Shown piece after piece: positions 46,000 to 59,030 of a stretch of DNA of 64,000 bases; the first letter of the stretch is position 1, and each line of letters starts with the position of its first letter. The DNA lies in contig JASCQW010000072.1 of assembly GCA_030264375.1 (NCBI GenBank), forward strand, positions 49,496,940 through 49,560,939. Direction: 5' to 3'. Source of the stretch: Carcharhinus longimanus (lineage: Eukaryota). The notes beneath the pieces are model-generated. The model did not search any database. It was not told the DNA's origin and saw only the letters and a list, made by a program, of their open reading frames with translations. Both the position numbers and the translations under genes were made by a program.

Positions 46000-48780
46000 T
46001 CTTCCAGATTTCTTACCCTCATCTAGGATCTCCAAGAATTTCTTAGAGCAAGCTTTGTAAAACAATCTGATAATTTGTGACTTGCATAAACCAATTTTCT
46101 TTTAGAGATTTCTTTTCTCTCCAAATTTCCTTTATTCCAGCAAGGTCAATCTTCAACCTTTTCTCAATAAAACCCGTTGAAGGAACATTAATCACATAGC
46201 ATTCAATCGGCTAACAGTTCGCAGAATGCCGCTTGTGTAGGATTTTCTTCAGAATGTTAGGTAAGTACAGCGTGATATATATTACTTCCATCACCTCCAA
46301 TGTTTCTGTAGCTAGAATACTTTTAAAACCCTTTTTATTTTATCATCCTCCCAGTTCAATTTTCAATGTTTTTCATTTTCATTCACCAAAAAACATGATA
46401 AGCCCAGCCGTACTCTAATACCCATCCAGAAGACTGGCATGAGAAGCTTCACTAAAAAGGACTAACTTCAATATTTTTCAAGTTGCTAAAGGCTGGAAAC
46501 CCAAGTTCTCCAAATTTAATTCCTTTAATGTTTCATTTACCCTCAGAACCTCCTCCGCTGTAGCACTAAATTCCAGTACATCATACCAGGCTTTGGGTCT
46601 GAGTGCATAGCCAACTTAATTGTCCAAACAAATTTCTGAACTGCCCATTTCTCCTTTGGCTGTCTGGTCACCTTTCCATAAGAACTTGGCCCAAATTATC
46701 AGAAGGCATTTACACTTTAAATAATATTATTGATTCAAGGTTACTCCCAACCTATTTAGATTAATGTCTTATCCTATGTAGTTCAAAGCCCTCAAAGCCT
46801 GACTTCAAACCTTAAATTCCTCTTTATCTTACTAATAACAAATTGCTTAAATTCCATAGAAACTTCCAAAAAAAATCATTGAAATACATAATAAAGATGC
46901 CTGTGAGTTTCTCTTGTGATACCACTGAAACAGCCCTGGGTCTGCTTTCAACTGAATACAACTTACTTTCAACAAGACAAAACTAACCAAGAATTACCAT
47001 ATCATCAAAGTATCATTTAATCCATAAACACATATGTTCAAATTTCCACAGTTTTCCTTCTTCACCACCTCTTTTGATGGTTTCAAAAACACCTCATTTT
47101 GAAACTTCCACCCTGAAAAAATGGAGCTTTTATAAAGATCAACCTACGTTCATACAAATAAGTGGCTAAGAAAGCTAAGAAAATCTTCATGATCACTTTT
47201 CCTGTCGCGAGGTGAATCCATTCCGCGCTAACGTTTTTATCACCATCAGCGGGATTTTGCGGCCTCGCTGAGATTGCAAAATTCCACCTCAGGTCAACAG
47301 ACCTTCCCATTGCTTGCCCCTCACCCACTCTGATTCCCATTGCGGGCAGGGCAACAGCACGTCTCTCATCAAATTCTCAAGCCATGAGTGTTATTTTAGC
47401 CTTATATGTACCATCAGGAAGTATGGGACATATCCACCAGCATGAAAACGCTGCCTGATGCTCATCTGGCAGTGAAGAATAGACATCAATTTTTTTTTCA
47501 ACCATTCAACTCTTTGTCTTGTCTCTCTTATTGATTTATTTTCTAATTTGTTTGTAACTAACAAAATTTGCCAATCATGAAGACTTATACTTTGAATGGC
47601 ATTCCCCAGTTGTTCTATAGTGCTGATTCTATAGAAACTACTGCCTCCACTTGCCCCATATCTTTCTAGACTAGTGCTACATGAACTTAGGTTTTGTTGC
47701 CAGGTGTTTTCCACCTTTCTACAGTTTTGCTTTATTTTTTCACTCCATAGATCTTACCTTAAATCCATCATTTTGGACACTTAACCATCATATTGAATAC
47801 TTAAGCCAAGTTTGAATTTGTTAGTGGCTTTCCCTACAATGGTCATGTCCCTCTATTCATTGAATCTTTCTGGTATGCATGTTAACCAGTTACAACTCCA
47901 GTAGTTGTCCTTTGGCAAAAATAGCCCTATCCTGTGCAGTGGTATCACTTTGTCTCTTGTCATCCAGCTTCTTATTTATTTTATCCTGCTCCTCATAACT
48001 GCCAGAAGTATGAGTATGTGAAGTATAAGGTGCCTCATCACCTTCTACTCATTGTTCAGCTTCTGCTAGTTTATAATCTAACCCAGATAACATAGATGAA
48101 TGTACCCTAATTTAACTACCATGTTGAAGAATTACTGCCTTCTCATCACACCCACTTTTTCCCAGACCTTTCCACTTTTTCTGACCCTCTCTTTTATAGT
48201 ATACTAAATCCCAAAGATTAAAGTTTATCGCTGATGGTCTTTCGCAATACCATAAGGCTTACCGAATTTTCCTCTGCCTTGATGAATACATTTCTCCCTG
48301 CATGCAGGGCAGTCACCTGTGCGGGAAAGATGGAACTAATTGTAGTCTTTTCCAAGGCCAGGGGATGATCACATATCACAGGACTTTTCCCATAGACCAA
48401 CTGATACAGACTGTAGCCCCAACCATTTGAAGTGAATTCTTTGCATGGATTGCCCAAGCCAGGGCAAATTGTTAGCTTACAATTCTTATGGAGAATCACA
48501 ATCACAAAGTAATTTATTTCACAAATCTCATTATTGAAGGGACTACGTTGCAGCATTTGAAACTACAATGTTTATATTTTAGCACATGTCTAAATTTGTC
48601 ATTGTCAAATTTTCCCTTTTTTCAGTTCAGAATTGAACTGCTGCCCAGCCCAGTCTTTATCCACTTTTACATGACTTTATTCACAATCAATTACTCTTTT
48701 GTCTTTACAATGTATTATTGGAAACATACTGAATCTTGTTGCCATTTTTACATAACTAAATTAAAATGTTATCTCCAGAG
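46000..48780 (-). mobile_element. Decayed Ty1/Copia retrotransposon, GalEa-like pol
   Basis: Minus-strand order: integrase (MATRFS, KWIKTGLG, FDNDKFR, SPFNNEICE, GYSLYQLVYGKSP, DLVYYKREGQKKWKGLG), RT (GKVIMKIFLAFLA...FIKAPFFQG, GQLSWLCTQT), RNase H (FSEASHA, LSDCFTK). IN-RT-RH order is diagnostic of Copia. Confidence 0.8.
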
Positions 48781-48924
48781 CCGACAATGATCTCCAGTCC
48801 CTGCAGTGCCCACTGTTAATGGAAAGCTTCAAGCACACCAGTGAACAATGCATGCTCCCTCTCTAGGGACATTCAGCCACAAACATAGCCACAGAAGACG
48901 GGTAGACAGGCAGGCCAGACAACA

Positions 48925-50282
48925 AAAGAGCAAAGGTAAATTATGAAAGAAAACTAGCACAAAATATAGAAAAGGATAACAAAAGCTTCCACAAGTATAT
49001 AAAAGGGCAAAAAATGGCTAATGTGAATGTTGGTTCCTTGGAGGATGAGACCAGGGAGTTAATTGTGGGGAACACAGAAATAGCAGAGATGCTAAATTAA
49101 TGTTTTGCATCAGTTTTCACAGTGGAGGATACTAGTACCATCCCAATAGTAACAGGTAATAGAAAGGGAGGAACTTAGAACAATCATCATAAATAGGGAA
49201 AGAGTACTCAACAAACTATGGCAATTGAAGGCAGTCAAGTCCTCAGGGCCTAATGGCCTACATCCTAGGGTATTAAAGTAATTGGCAGCGGAGATAATTG
49301 ATCCATTGATTATAATATTTCAAAATTCCTTGTATGTGCGAAAGGTTCCAGTGGATTGGGAAAATGCTAATGTAATGACCATAAGCAAAAACGGAGGGAG
49401 ACAGAGAGTAGGAAATTATTGACCAGTTAGTTTAAGATCTGTTGTTGGGAAATTGTTAGAATCTATTATTGAGGAAGTAATAATGGGACATTGGGAAAGT
49501 CAAAGTGCAATCCATTAGAGTCAGCATGGTTTTATGAAGGGCGAATCGAGTTAGACTAATTTGTGGAGTTCTTTGAAGATGTAACATGGCAAGTGGATAA
49601 TTGGGATCCTGTAGATGTAGCATATCTGGACTTCAGAAAGGTATTTGATAAGGTATCACATAGAAGGTTAATAACAAGATAAGATCACATGAGGTTAAAG
49701 ATAATGTATTAACTTGAATAGAAGACTGGTCAACTGACAGAAGGCAGAGAGGTGGGATAAATGGGTCTTCTGGTTGGTAAGATGTAACTAGTGGGGTGTC
49801 ACAGTGTCCGATCTTTGGGCTCCAACTATTTAAAATCTATATTAATGACTTGGACACAGAGCTAGAGGCACTATGGCCAAATTTGGAGATGATGCTAAAA
49901 TAAGTGTGTTGCAATGAGGAGATAAGAAATTTACAAATGCTTATAGATGGGTTCACTGAGTGGGCCAAAATGTGGCAGATGGAGTTTAACATGGGTAACT
50001 GTGAGGTTGGTTATCCATTTTGGTCCAAAAAATGGAGAAGCAATTTATTTTCGAAACGGAGAGAGACTTATAGTGCAGAAGGATCTGAATATCCTTGTGT
50101 ATGAGTTGCAGAAATCTGATATGCAGGTACAGCATGTACTAAGGAAAACAAATGGAATTTTGGCATTTATAGCTAAAGGAATAAAGTATAAACATAAGTA
50201 AGTGTTGCCACATCTAAAGAAGGCATTGGTGAGACTACACCTAGAGTACTGTACAGTTTTGGTCCCAGTTTTGAGGAAGTTT
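48925..50282 (+). mobile_element. CR1-like LINE ORF2 (RT domain) remnant
   Basis: YERKLAQNIEKDNKSFHKYIK, SQHGFMKG, VDVAYLDF, IYINDLD, KFGDDAKI, WAKMWQMEFNMGNCEV. Confidence 0.92.
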
Positions 50283-50295
50283 GTGATTAGAACTC

Positions 50296-50395
50296 CCCAC
50301 TCACCTCTCGAAGGGGCAAAGCCCCAAAAGCTAGTGGTGTTTGCTACCAAATAAACCTGTTGGACTTTAGCCTGGTGTTGTGAGATTTCTTACTG
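50296..50395 (+). mobile_element. Penelope pseudo-LTR fragment
   Basis: CCCACTCACC...AAAGCTAGTGGTGTTTGCTACCAAATAAACCTGTTGGACTTTAGCCTGGTGTTGTGAGATTTCTTACTG. Confidence 0.8.
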
Positions 50396-51409
50396 CGTCG
50401 TATTTGAACCCATGTCCCCAAAGCATTTGTCAGGGCCTCGAGATTACTGGTACAATGACATTACCACTTCACCACCATCACCCCCAAAAATAAGTTATAA
50501 TGGAGTGATAGGTGGGCTGGACTTAGGATATGACATGTATGTGGTATATATCTCAAAGATTTTGACAAGTAGGAGTTAATGAAAGATGTAGTTAGCAAGG
50601 AGAATGTTAGAGTGGTTGAGTGTGCAACTGACAAAAACATATTCAGAAGACATTTAAACAGTAAAGAAGTTAAAGTAGGAGTGGAGACAGGCAATGTGGT
50701 GGAGGGTGAAGTAAGAGGTCCTATAAGGAGACAGGGTGTGTGTTTATAACTCAACTCAGGTTTGAGCAAGAGGCCCAATCTGCCAATATTCTGGTTTAGC
50801 CTGCAGGAGTGTTCAGGGAGGGAATGGAGTTTACGTTGGGACAAAAACAATTGATTTGGCCTTACTGTGCTTCCACACTGGAGAAAGTTATGATGTAAAA
50901 GCAATTAGAACATTGAACTAATAAGGCAGAGTAGTGGCACTCGCATCTGAAGTACCTTATTCAAATGATTACAGCATTCTGGGGCTTGAGGATTGTTTCA
51001 AAGGCACATGGGAATATTTAGCATTAAGCCATCAAGCTAATGCAGAGAAGATCTGATTGCTTGGGAAGAGTAAATTAGCAAAAAATGTGGGAAAACTTAT
51101 TTTATTCATCATTAAAATGTGGCTAAGGAAGCAACCATCCTCTTAGAGGGATTTAAAATAGCAAGCAAGGTGGTAAATTAATATTATCTCAAGGTAACAG
51201 TTGAACAAAAGGTCAAATTATTAAAAGGCAAGTTTGGGACTAATGTCACAAAATTCTTCACTCAAGAGGTGGTTAACTAATGCAAACAAAATCTTAGAAT
51301 CATTTAACAAACAGTTCTGCTTGGAAGCTGCAATCTTTCTGGATGGATGAGCTTAGATAGGCATGAATACTTTACCCTGTCTGTTCCTATAATGTGATTT
51401 TGAGATCCT

Positions 51410-51535
51410 GGCTACTAGTCACTATCCAGTGATCCCTGATGGAAAGTGTGGATGTTCAGTGAAGAACAACAGTCTATGGCTTGCCAACATTCATTATCTC
51501 AGCCCTAATGTGAAGATTGGCCACTTAGGAAAACA
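51410..51535 (+). mobile_element. Ancient SINE fragment, possibly AmnSINE2-related
   Basis: CACTATCCAGTGATCCCTGATGGAAAGTGTGGATGT and ATGTGAAGATTGGCCACTTAGG resemble AmnSINE2 consensus segments as recalled; not aligned. Confidence 0.35.
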
Positions 51536-52205
51536 GCAAACAGCTGCTATTCCCCAGCACGAGCATTCTTCATTGTGAGGGGAAAATGAGGCAATACACA
51601 GTGTGTAAAACAAATGTGTAACTCATCAATAATTCATGAACTGTTTAATGGACATTTACCAGCGTTCTTTATCTCTCGGGTGCATATGAAGACCAGAGGT
51701 GGAATCTTCCATTCTTAAGTCTAAGTTTGGTGGCAGGTGCAAAAGTCAGAGTGATTTCTGCTGGGGGTGCCAGGAAGGCAGGCCACATATGATCTTGTGC
51801 TGATCAGCTCATTACCTATCTATCTGTGTGGAGCACGGTGAATCTTGTTGCGGAAGCGTACAGGAGGATGCCATCCCTGTCATTCCCTCATTAAAGTGTA
51901 CCTGGACAATCCTCACTCGCTGCAGGTTTGACAACTGAGATGAGAATGCACCAGAGTATGGTTCTCCATTCAGCTGACTAACAATTATTAGGCTTACCCT
52001 TTAGGTGGCCCACTAAGCACACCAGTAATTCTTCCCACTGCTGAAGACTCTCCTCCTGACTCTCAGCATGGAGCTGCATTATGACATTGAAAGTTAAACA
52101 ATGGTGCACGTCTCCTATTGACAAAGGTCTAGCATCTTCAACCCTCCCTCTGTCATCCACCAAGCTCACCCATCTTCCTCCAACAACATTATCTTTCATC
52201 GCTCC

Positions 52206-52478
52206 CAGTTCCTCTTGCACCACTCCCTATTATCCTTGACCCTATAATACTTCATTTCTACACTCCTCCCTGAGACCATAACTGTCCAAGCATTTCTGAC
52301 CCCGATCATTCCCACCTTCGAGGCTACTGTTAGCCTAACTTTTTGTGACCACCCCTATTAAACCAAAGAGTGCCTGCCTATGACACTGTCACTGCTACTC
52401 TACTGAATCCACTTACTTCATCATCATACCCTCTGCCTCCCAGCACTCTAATCTTAATGACTACAACCCAAAACCTGA
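52206..52478 (+). repeat. Direct duplication, copy 1 (partner 53565-53839)
   Basis: ~270 bp colinear with 53565-53839, roughly 80% identity by eye. Confidence 0.9.
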
Positions 52479-53564
52479 CACCCTTTAGATGCTTCCTTCT
52501 GACACCAGACGGCCTCTCACTCAACCAAATGCCCAGTTGAGCAGGTCAGCCTACCTCATTTGATTTGGCCAGCCAACACTTTCCCTGCCCAGAATGCCAG
52601 CAGTATCCCTCCTGGACAGCCTATATTACCTCTACCTAGACTGACGGCACTATCCCTTTCTGCACAGCCTGCACTAATCTTTCCACCTTTATCTAGTCGC
52701 TGCTCCACTCTTCCCCACTAAGCCTGCCTTCCTTCCTCCATCCTTTGGTCACCCTCCACTGCCACCAGACATTCTAACATGCAGACTAGCATTTACAGAC
52801 CCTCCCCAAAGTGGACAATGTAGTGTCAACTCACCATTAATGATGGAAAATGTCAACGTCAACAGGCTTACGCCAGTTATATACAGTCATAAGATTGAAT
52901 GTTCTAATTTCTTCCTGGTGGGAAATTTAATTTGAATGGGGAACTGAATTCCAGCAAGGTAGGTCTTCAAATGAATTAGCATGACAAGCTAATTCATGCA
53001 AGAGGGCGTTCCAATATGATCATTCTGAAGCTTGACCCACCCATCTTTAACCTTTAAAATTCCATGAACAGAATTCCAAACATTTATCCCATGGTCAGGA
53101 AACTGATTTTTGGTCTCGCACCAAATGAGGTTCCCCTGCCAGCAAGTAGTGGCTGGACCAGAGGATTCAATCCCAGGTCTCCCTTTCTTTGAAGCTGCCT
53201 CCAAAAGTCCAGAGTAGAGCAAAGGAGTAAAACAATGTAATCATGGGAGAGTATTGTCCTGTCCATATGACAGGAAGGAGATTAAAAACTGTTTAAATCA
53301 AACCTTGCTCTCTGTTTATTTAACAATAGTCTTTGGTGGACCAAAGAGGTGGCTGCTACAGATTACATGATTTGTAAGTTGGGTACAGTTCTGGGAACTT
53401 GCAACAGTAATTACAAGGCAAAGTTCATCCCTTACCTTTGTGGAATCTTACATCTATCGTTGTATGGATCCATTACAATCAATGAAACAAGGAAGCAGCA
53501 GACAGTCTATCTCTCCATCCTGGATTTATAACAAAGAGAGAGCCATCAAAACTCATTATAACTG

Positions 53565-53839
53565 CAGTTCACCTTGCACCACTCCTTATTATCCTTGACC
53601 CTTTATGTTTTTATTTCTATGCTCCTCCCTGAGCCCTTAACTGTCCAAATGCAGATACATTTCTGACCCTGATCATTCCTACCTCGAGGCCACTGTTAGC
53701 CTGACTTTTTGTGACCACCCCTATGAAACCATATATCTGCCTATGACAGTGCCACTGCAACCCCACTGGATCCACTTACACCTGTCATACCCTCTGCCTC
53801 CCAATACCCTAATCTTAATGACTACAAGCCAAAACCTGA
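53565..53839 (+). repeat. Direct duplication, copy 2
   Basis: CTTGCACCACTCC.TATTATCCTTGACCCT ... TAATCTTAATGACTACAA.CCAAAACCTGA shared with copy 1. Confidence 0.9.
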
Positions 53840-56800
53840 TGTTCATGACACCACCCTCTATCTCCTAAGGTAAAAAAATGAATCTTGGCCAGAGACATTG
53901 GTTGGAATTTTAACTCCTCACCCCTCCTCGCCTGGAATCGGGGCGGGCGAGGCTTACAGAACAGAATTGTCTGTTGGCCTCAGGCGGGATTTTATGAACC
54001 TTGCCCGAGCAAGATCATAAAATCAGGCACATAGAAATAGATTGTTAACCTGAAGCTGACTCATCAATGGGCAACATCATATGATCTAAGCTCTTCCAGC
54101 TTTTGAGAAGTTTTAACATTACATTCCTGAACTCCAAGGGCATTCAACTATTAATATCTAGCTTGTCAATACCAAAGCAGGGTTCCAGGCTGACAGCAAA
54201 GCCTGCCTCAAGTCTAAACCTTCTCAAAACCCTGGTTCTTTCGTAGATTCCTTCCATCCCCTGTACAGCAATCTCTATGTACCAACATCACCATGATGTG
54301 CCATAACCAACTCAAAGGAAATCTTTAACTCCTACTTTCAGCTAGCTGAACTTTTAACTCCAACATAAAGGAGGCGTCACTGGGCTCTAACATTCTGAAC
54401 TCTAACATTCAGGTGAATTCATATTCCTATCTCCGTTTGTTTGTTCTAGGTTACTTCTAGTTGCAAAACTCTTTTCTTTTCTGTCCCCTTTTTGTGTGCT
54501 TGTCTATTACGTGAAATAGACAATTACGTGAAAGACTATTAAATACACCCACACTCTTTCAGGACTTGCCTCTGCCCAAACAACATACAATCTAATACAT
54601 GTATATGTAAAGGCCTGCTTATAGTTACCATCCTGTCTCCAATTCTGGGTAACATGTCTTCTTGGTTCAGCAAAGATATGAGTTTTAATTGTCTCCACTC
54701 AAGGTTCTCTGCACTCTTGCTTCTGGTTTGCTAACCAGCACTGGTTTAGAGACTGCTAGCTGGACTCTGCACCTCAGGTTGCTCGATGGATGCTGCTTCC
54801 TGCTTCCACAAAACAGTTGCCAATTATATCATTGTTTCCCTTTGAAGATTCTCTCTGGTAGTTCTAACATTGACATGTGTATGTCTTCACTGAATGATAC
54901 TATCGTCTAACCCAAAATATTTTCTCATGGCAGGACAATGTATTTGTTTTAGGCTGTCTATAACTGCTAATCTCGTCATTGGGATTCACATTCTGTAAAA
55001 TACCTTTTGAAATGCTGGTGGCTTTAGATCTGCTGATATATTCATGACACCTGATTTAACCCTAAAACGAGTTTGCTATGAGTCACTTCAAAATTGAATT
55101 CACAAACACAGTTTGGGGCAATATACCNNNNNNNNNNNNNNNNNNNNNNNNNNNNNNNNNNNNNNNNNNNNTGGTGAGTCGAAAATAGAGGAGTTCAGTT
55201 TGCCTTTCTCTCCTGTCCATAACAGTGTAGATAAAGGTATTGTTGGTCACCCAGATCTTGAAGTTAGTGTAACAGCAATATGTGTAATGCCCTTCAAATT
55301 CACTGCACACGCCATCAAAGCCTGAATGCTTTGTTATATAACAAGGTAGAGCCTGCAGCCTGAAATGTGTAACAAAATACAAAAAATAGAAACTGACAAA
55401 ATAAACAGAGCAGAATCATTTAAATGAATTCAAAAAGAAAATCATGGCCTTAAACATTTGGAATATTTGAATCAAATCAGTTGCGCTGGCAGGAGAGCTC
55501 TTTAAAGTGACAAGATTTTCTGAGATTGCCACCTGAGCACCCAGCCCAGATAAAATCAACTGAATGACTGCTCGCCAGTCATCAGGCATAGAAGATAAAA
55601 CACAGCTCCCAGATCCAATTTGAATGTTCTCAACAAGAAGGATAATAGCAGTGCATAGTAGCCAAATGTTCTTCTTGTCTCACACCCAGCCCATCTCTTC
55701 CCTGTCAGGGTCTCATTTCACGCAAACAACTCAGGCTTGGAATTTACAGGCAGGCAGAGCTGATAAGGATCAGCTTGTGAAGGGAGAGCTGACAGCTTTA
55801 TTGATCGTCAGTGAATCTAGCAATGAATTTTAATGGACACTTTTTCACTCCATTGCATAAACACAATAGGTACTAAATGCGACACAAGAGGTTGGGGAAC
55901 TGTCTTTTTCTTGGTTTTATTTCATTTATTGGTACTGCCACACTGAATGCATTAAATATTTAAGTTTCTCCATTCAAGCTGCTGTCACATTCTTCCTGGA
56001 CTCCTGTAAATTGTTTAAGTTAAACAGTATACTTTTTTTATACAACAGAGCAAATGCATTATTTTACTGGTTAGAAGTCGTGTATCACTTTATGAGAAAT
56101 AAGAAGTTAGCAGACATTTGGCTCCCTTCACGAAGGCCCAAACATAACAAGCATGATTGTACTTCTGAATAATTATTATTTACCATTCATTTCCCTGTTT
56201 AATTCGCAATAAGTGATGTATAATCGCTAAACACATAATGGTGTAATATTGCTGTGTTTTCTAGCCATTATAATTGTACTTCACTGTGCCAAGCTTGTCA
56301 TGTTATGATGTGAAAAACCTCATGATTGGTGGGATTTGTCACCAAATTCNNNNNNNNNNNNNNNNNNNNNNNNNNNNNNNNNNNNNNNNNNNNNNNNNNN
56401 NNNNNNNNNNNNNNNNNNNNNNNNNNNNNNNNNNNNNNNNNNNNNNNNNNNNNNNNNNNNNNNNNNNNNNNNCTGATATTGTTCATTTCAGATTCTGGGC
56501 TTGGAAAGGATGGCCTTGAGGCAGACAGGTAATTAGGATCACTGAGATCCTTGGCAATGGAGCCTGCGGAGGTTTTCCAGTTGATCTCCAATATCCTGAC
56601 ATGCAGACAAACAACCTGGAGGTGGATACCAGTGGCAGTGTGGGGTGGGCACTCTCCTAGCTGGCCTACATGCCCTTTCTAGCTCATGGTTGAGAATACA
56701 GCCAAATGCCAATCTGTCAAGGATCCTTCATCTCCCCCACACACAGTGGTGGCCTGGTTGCTCTGTGTATATTTTAATGAAGGATTTCAAAAGCGGCTAC

Positions 56801-57164
56801 AAAGGCATCTTTTTGATGACGTGACCTTTCAGTTACCTACCCTCTATTGCAGCTGCCTGCTTCTCTGAAGTTGAAATGCTTTGATTGGCCCTCCAGGTTA
56901 GAAAACCTACCCTTAATTCAAAAGAGGTTATCCACATGAAAGTTTTGAGTTTAAGCAGTTTCCCACTAAGGTTGGGTTCAGGATCTGAAAACAATCCCAA
57001 GTCCTGTTACCCATCTCAGTGGAGAAAATTTAGCCCCAGATGTTTATTGTACTTCAATGAGGAATTAATGCTTTTATCAGGAGGATAGGTATTAAGAAAT
57101 TAGTGGGGAAAATATGAAAAAAAATTTCAAATGTGTAATACCTTTATTAAAACATTTTTTTTGT

Positions 57165-57470
57165 CCTCAAGATGTTCCAGAGGCTTTACACCAAGTTAGT
57201 TCTGAAATGTAGCCATTGTTGCACAACTAATTTCCATACAAGCAACAAATGAATGACTTCTTAATAGTTGTTGGAGCCCTGTCTTCTTCAAAAAATGTCG
57301 TGGAATGGAAGGTACCACCTTGGCTTAACGTATTATTCAAAATAAAGCACCTCTGACAATGTGGCACTCTACCAGTATAGCAGTAAATTTGGGGTGGATT
57401 TGGGGTTTTAAGTCTTTTGTGGGGCTTGAATCCTACACCTTGCTAATCCAAGGTGCTACCAATGAGATAA
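57165..57470 (-). mobile_element. SacSINE1-like Deu-domain SINE, decayed
   Basis: Minus strand CTCATTGGTAGCACC...GGATTCAAGCCCCAC head, then GAGTGCCACATTGTCAGAGGTGCTTT...ACGTTAAGCCAAGG resembling the Deu core. Confidence 0.6.
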
Positions 57471-58039
57471 AATGTATACTTATTTAAAGTGGATCGATAT
57501 AGAATACATTGATATAATACTAGTCATATAATTATTGTCTTCAAATATGTTCTTCGCTTTAAAAATTTACCAGGTTATAAATAGTAACAAGATTGATTTC
57601 CATTGTAAATGAAATTAGCTATAAGGAAAGATTTATGTTTTACAATATAGAAATGGAGATATCATAACATATACAATATTAATATTTACAGATAGGATAA
57701 AACCTATTGTTTAAAAAAAAAAGCCAAGAACGTACTGAACAATCAATGGCAATTATTAAAAAGCATTTTAGAATAGTTAGCAGACAAAATTTATTTTATT
57801 CAAAAATGACAAATATTAGGAACCAACTTTCATGGAGAATCACAGGGGAGAAAGCACTTGGATTGTCAAATTACGTTACATATCATCGTTAGAAAACTGA
57901 GGGTAAATTCGTCTTTCTGTTTCACCCAGTGAAGAGCCACATTCTGAAAGAACATGGCAGCAAGGAGGCCTCAGTACTGGCCTGTTGAGAACACAGGATC
58001 TGTGAATATGCACATGGGATACAGGATTATCTGATAAGG

Positions 58040-58625
58040 TGGATTCATTATTGGCTTAGCAGTAGGAAACAGAGGGTGGTGGCAAACAGCTGATTTAGTG
58101 ACTGGAGGCCAGTCTCCAGTGGCGTACCACAGGGATCTGTGCTGGGCCCCCTATTGTTCATCATTTATATAAATGACCTAGGTGACTATGTGCAGGATAG
58201 GATCAGTAAGCTAAGAAATGACACAAAGATTGGCCGGGTGGTTAACAGTGAGGTTGAGTGTCTTTGGTTACAGGAAGATATAGACAAGATGGTCAAATGG
58301 GCAGGTAAATGGCAGATGGAATTTAACCCTGAAAAGTGTGAGTTGATGCACTTTGGAAGGAGGAATTTGACTATGCTATGAAAGGTCTGACACTGGGAAG
58401 TTCCGTAGTTGTCCGTAGATCTCTGAATGCAGAAGGGCAGGTTAATGGGAGACTGAGAAAGGCATATGGCATACTTGCCTTTATCAATTGAGGTATAGAT
58501 TGCAAAAGCAGAAAGGCCATGATGGCATTGTTTAGAACTTTGGTGAGGCCACAGCTGGAGTACTGTGTGCAGTTCTGGTCACCATTATAGGAAGGACGTG
58601 AACATTCTGAAGGGGGTGCAGAAGA
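58040..58625 (+). mobile_element. CR1-like LINE RT fragment
   Basis: SGVPQGSVLGPLLFIIYINDL...DTKIG...LQEDIDKMVKWAGKWQMEFNPEKCELMHFG. Confidence 0.92.
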
Positions 58626-58627
58626 CA

Positions 58628-59030
58628 TTAGAACATAAAACATTACAGCGTAGTACAGGCCCTTTGGCCCTCGATGTTGCACCTACCAGTGGAATCAATC
58701 TAACTACCTCTAACCTAAACTATTCCAATATTATCCATATGTCTATCCAATGACCATTTGAATGCCCTTAAAGTTGGCGAGTCNNNNNNNNNNNNNNNNN
58801 NNNNNNNNNNNNNCAGGGCATTCCATGCCCTTACTACCCTCTGAGTAAAGAACCTACCTCTGACATCTGCCCTATATTTATCACCCCTCAATTTAAAGCT
58901 ATGCCCCCTCGTGTTAGCCATCACCATCCAAGGAAAAAGGCTCTCACCGTCTACCCTATCTCATCCTCTGATCATCTTGTATGCCTCAATTAAGTCACCT
59001 CTTAACCTTCTTCTCTTTAACAAAAACTGA
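58628..59030 (-). mobile_element. CR1/HER1-like LINE 3' end
   Basis: NTRGHSFKLRGDKYRADVRGRFFTQRVVRAWNAL and tail GGGCCAAAGGGCCTGTACTACGCTGTAATGTTTTATGTTCTA. Confidence 0.9.
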
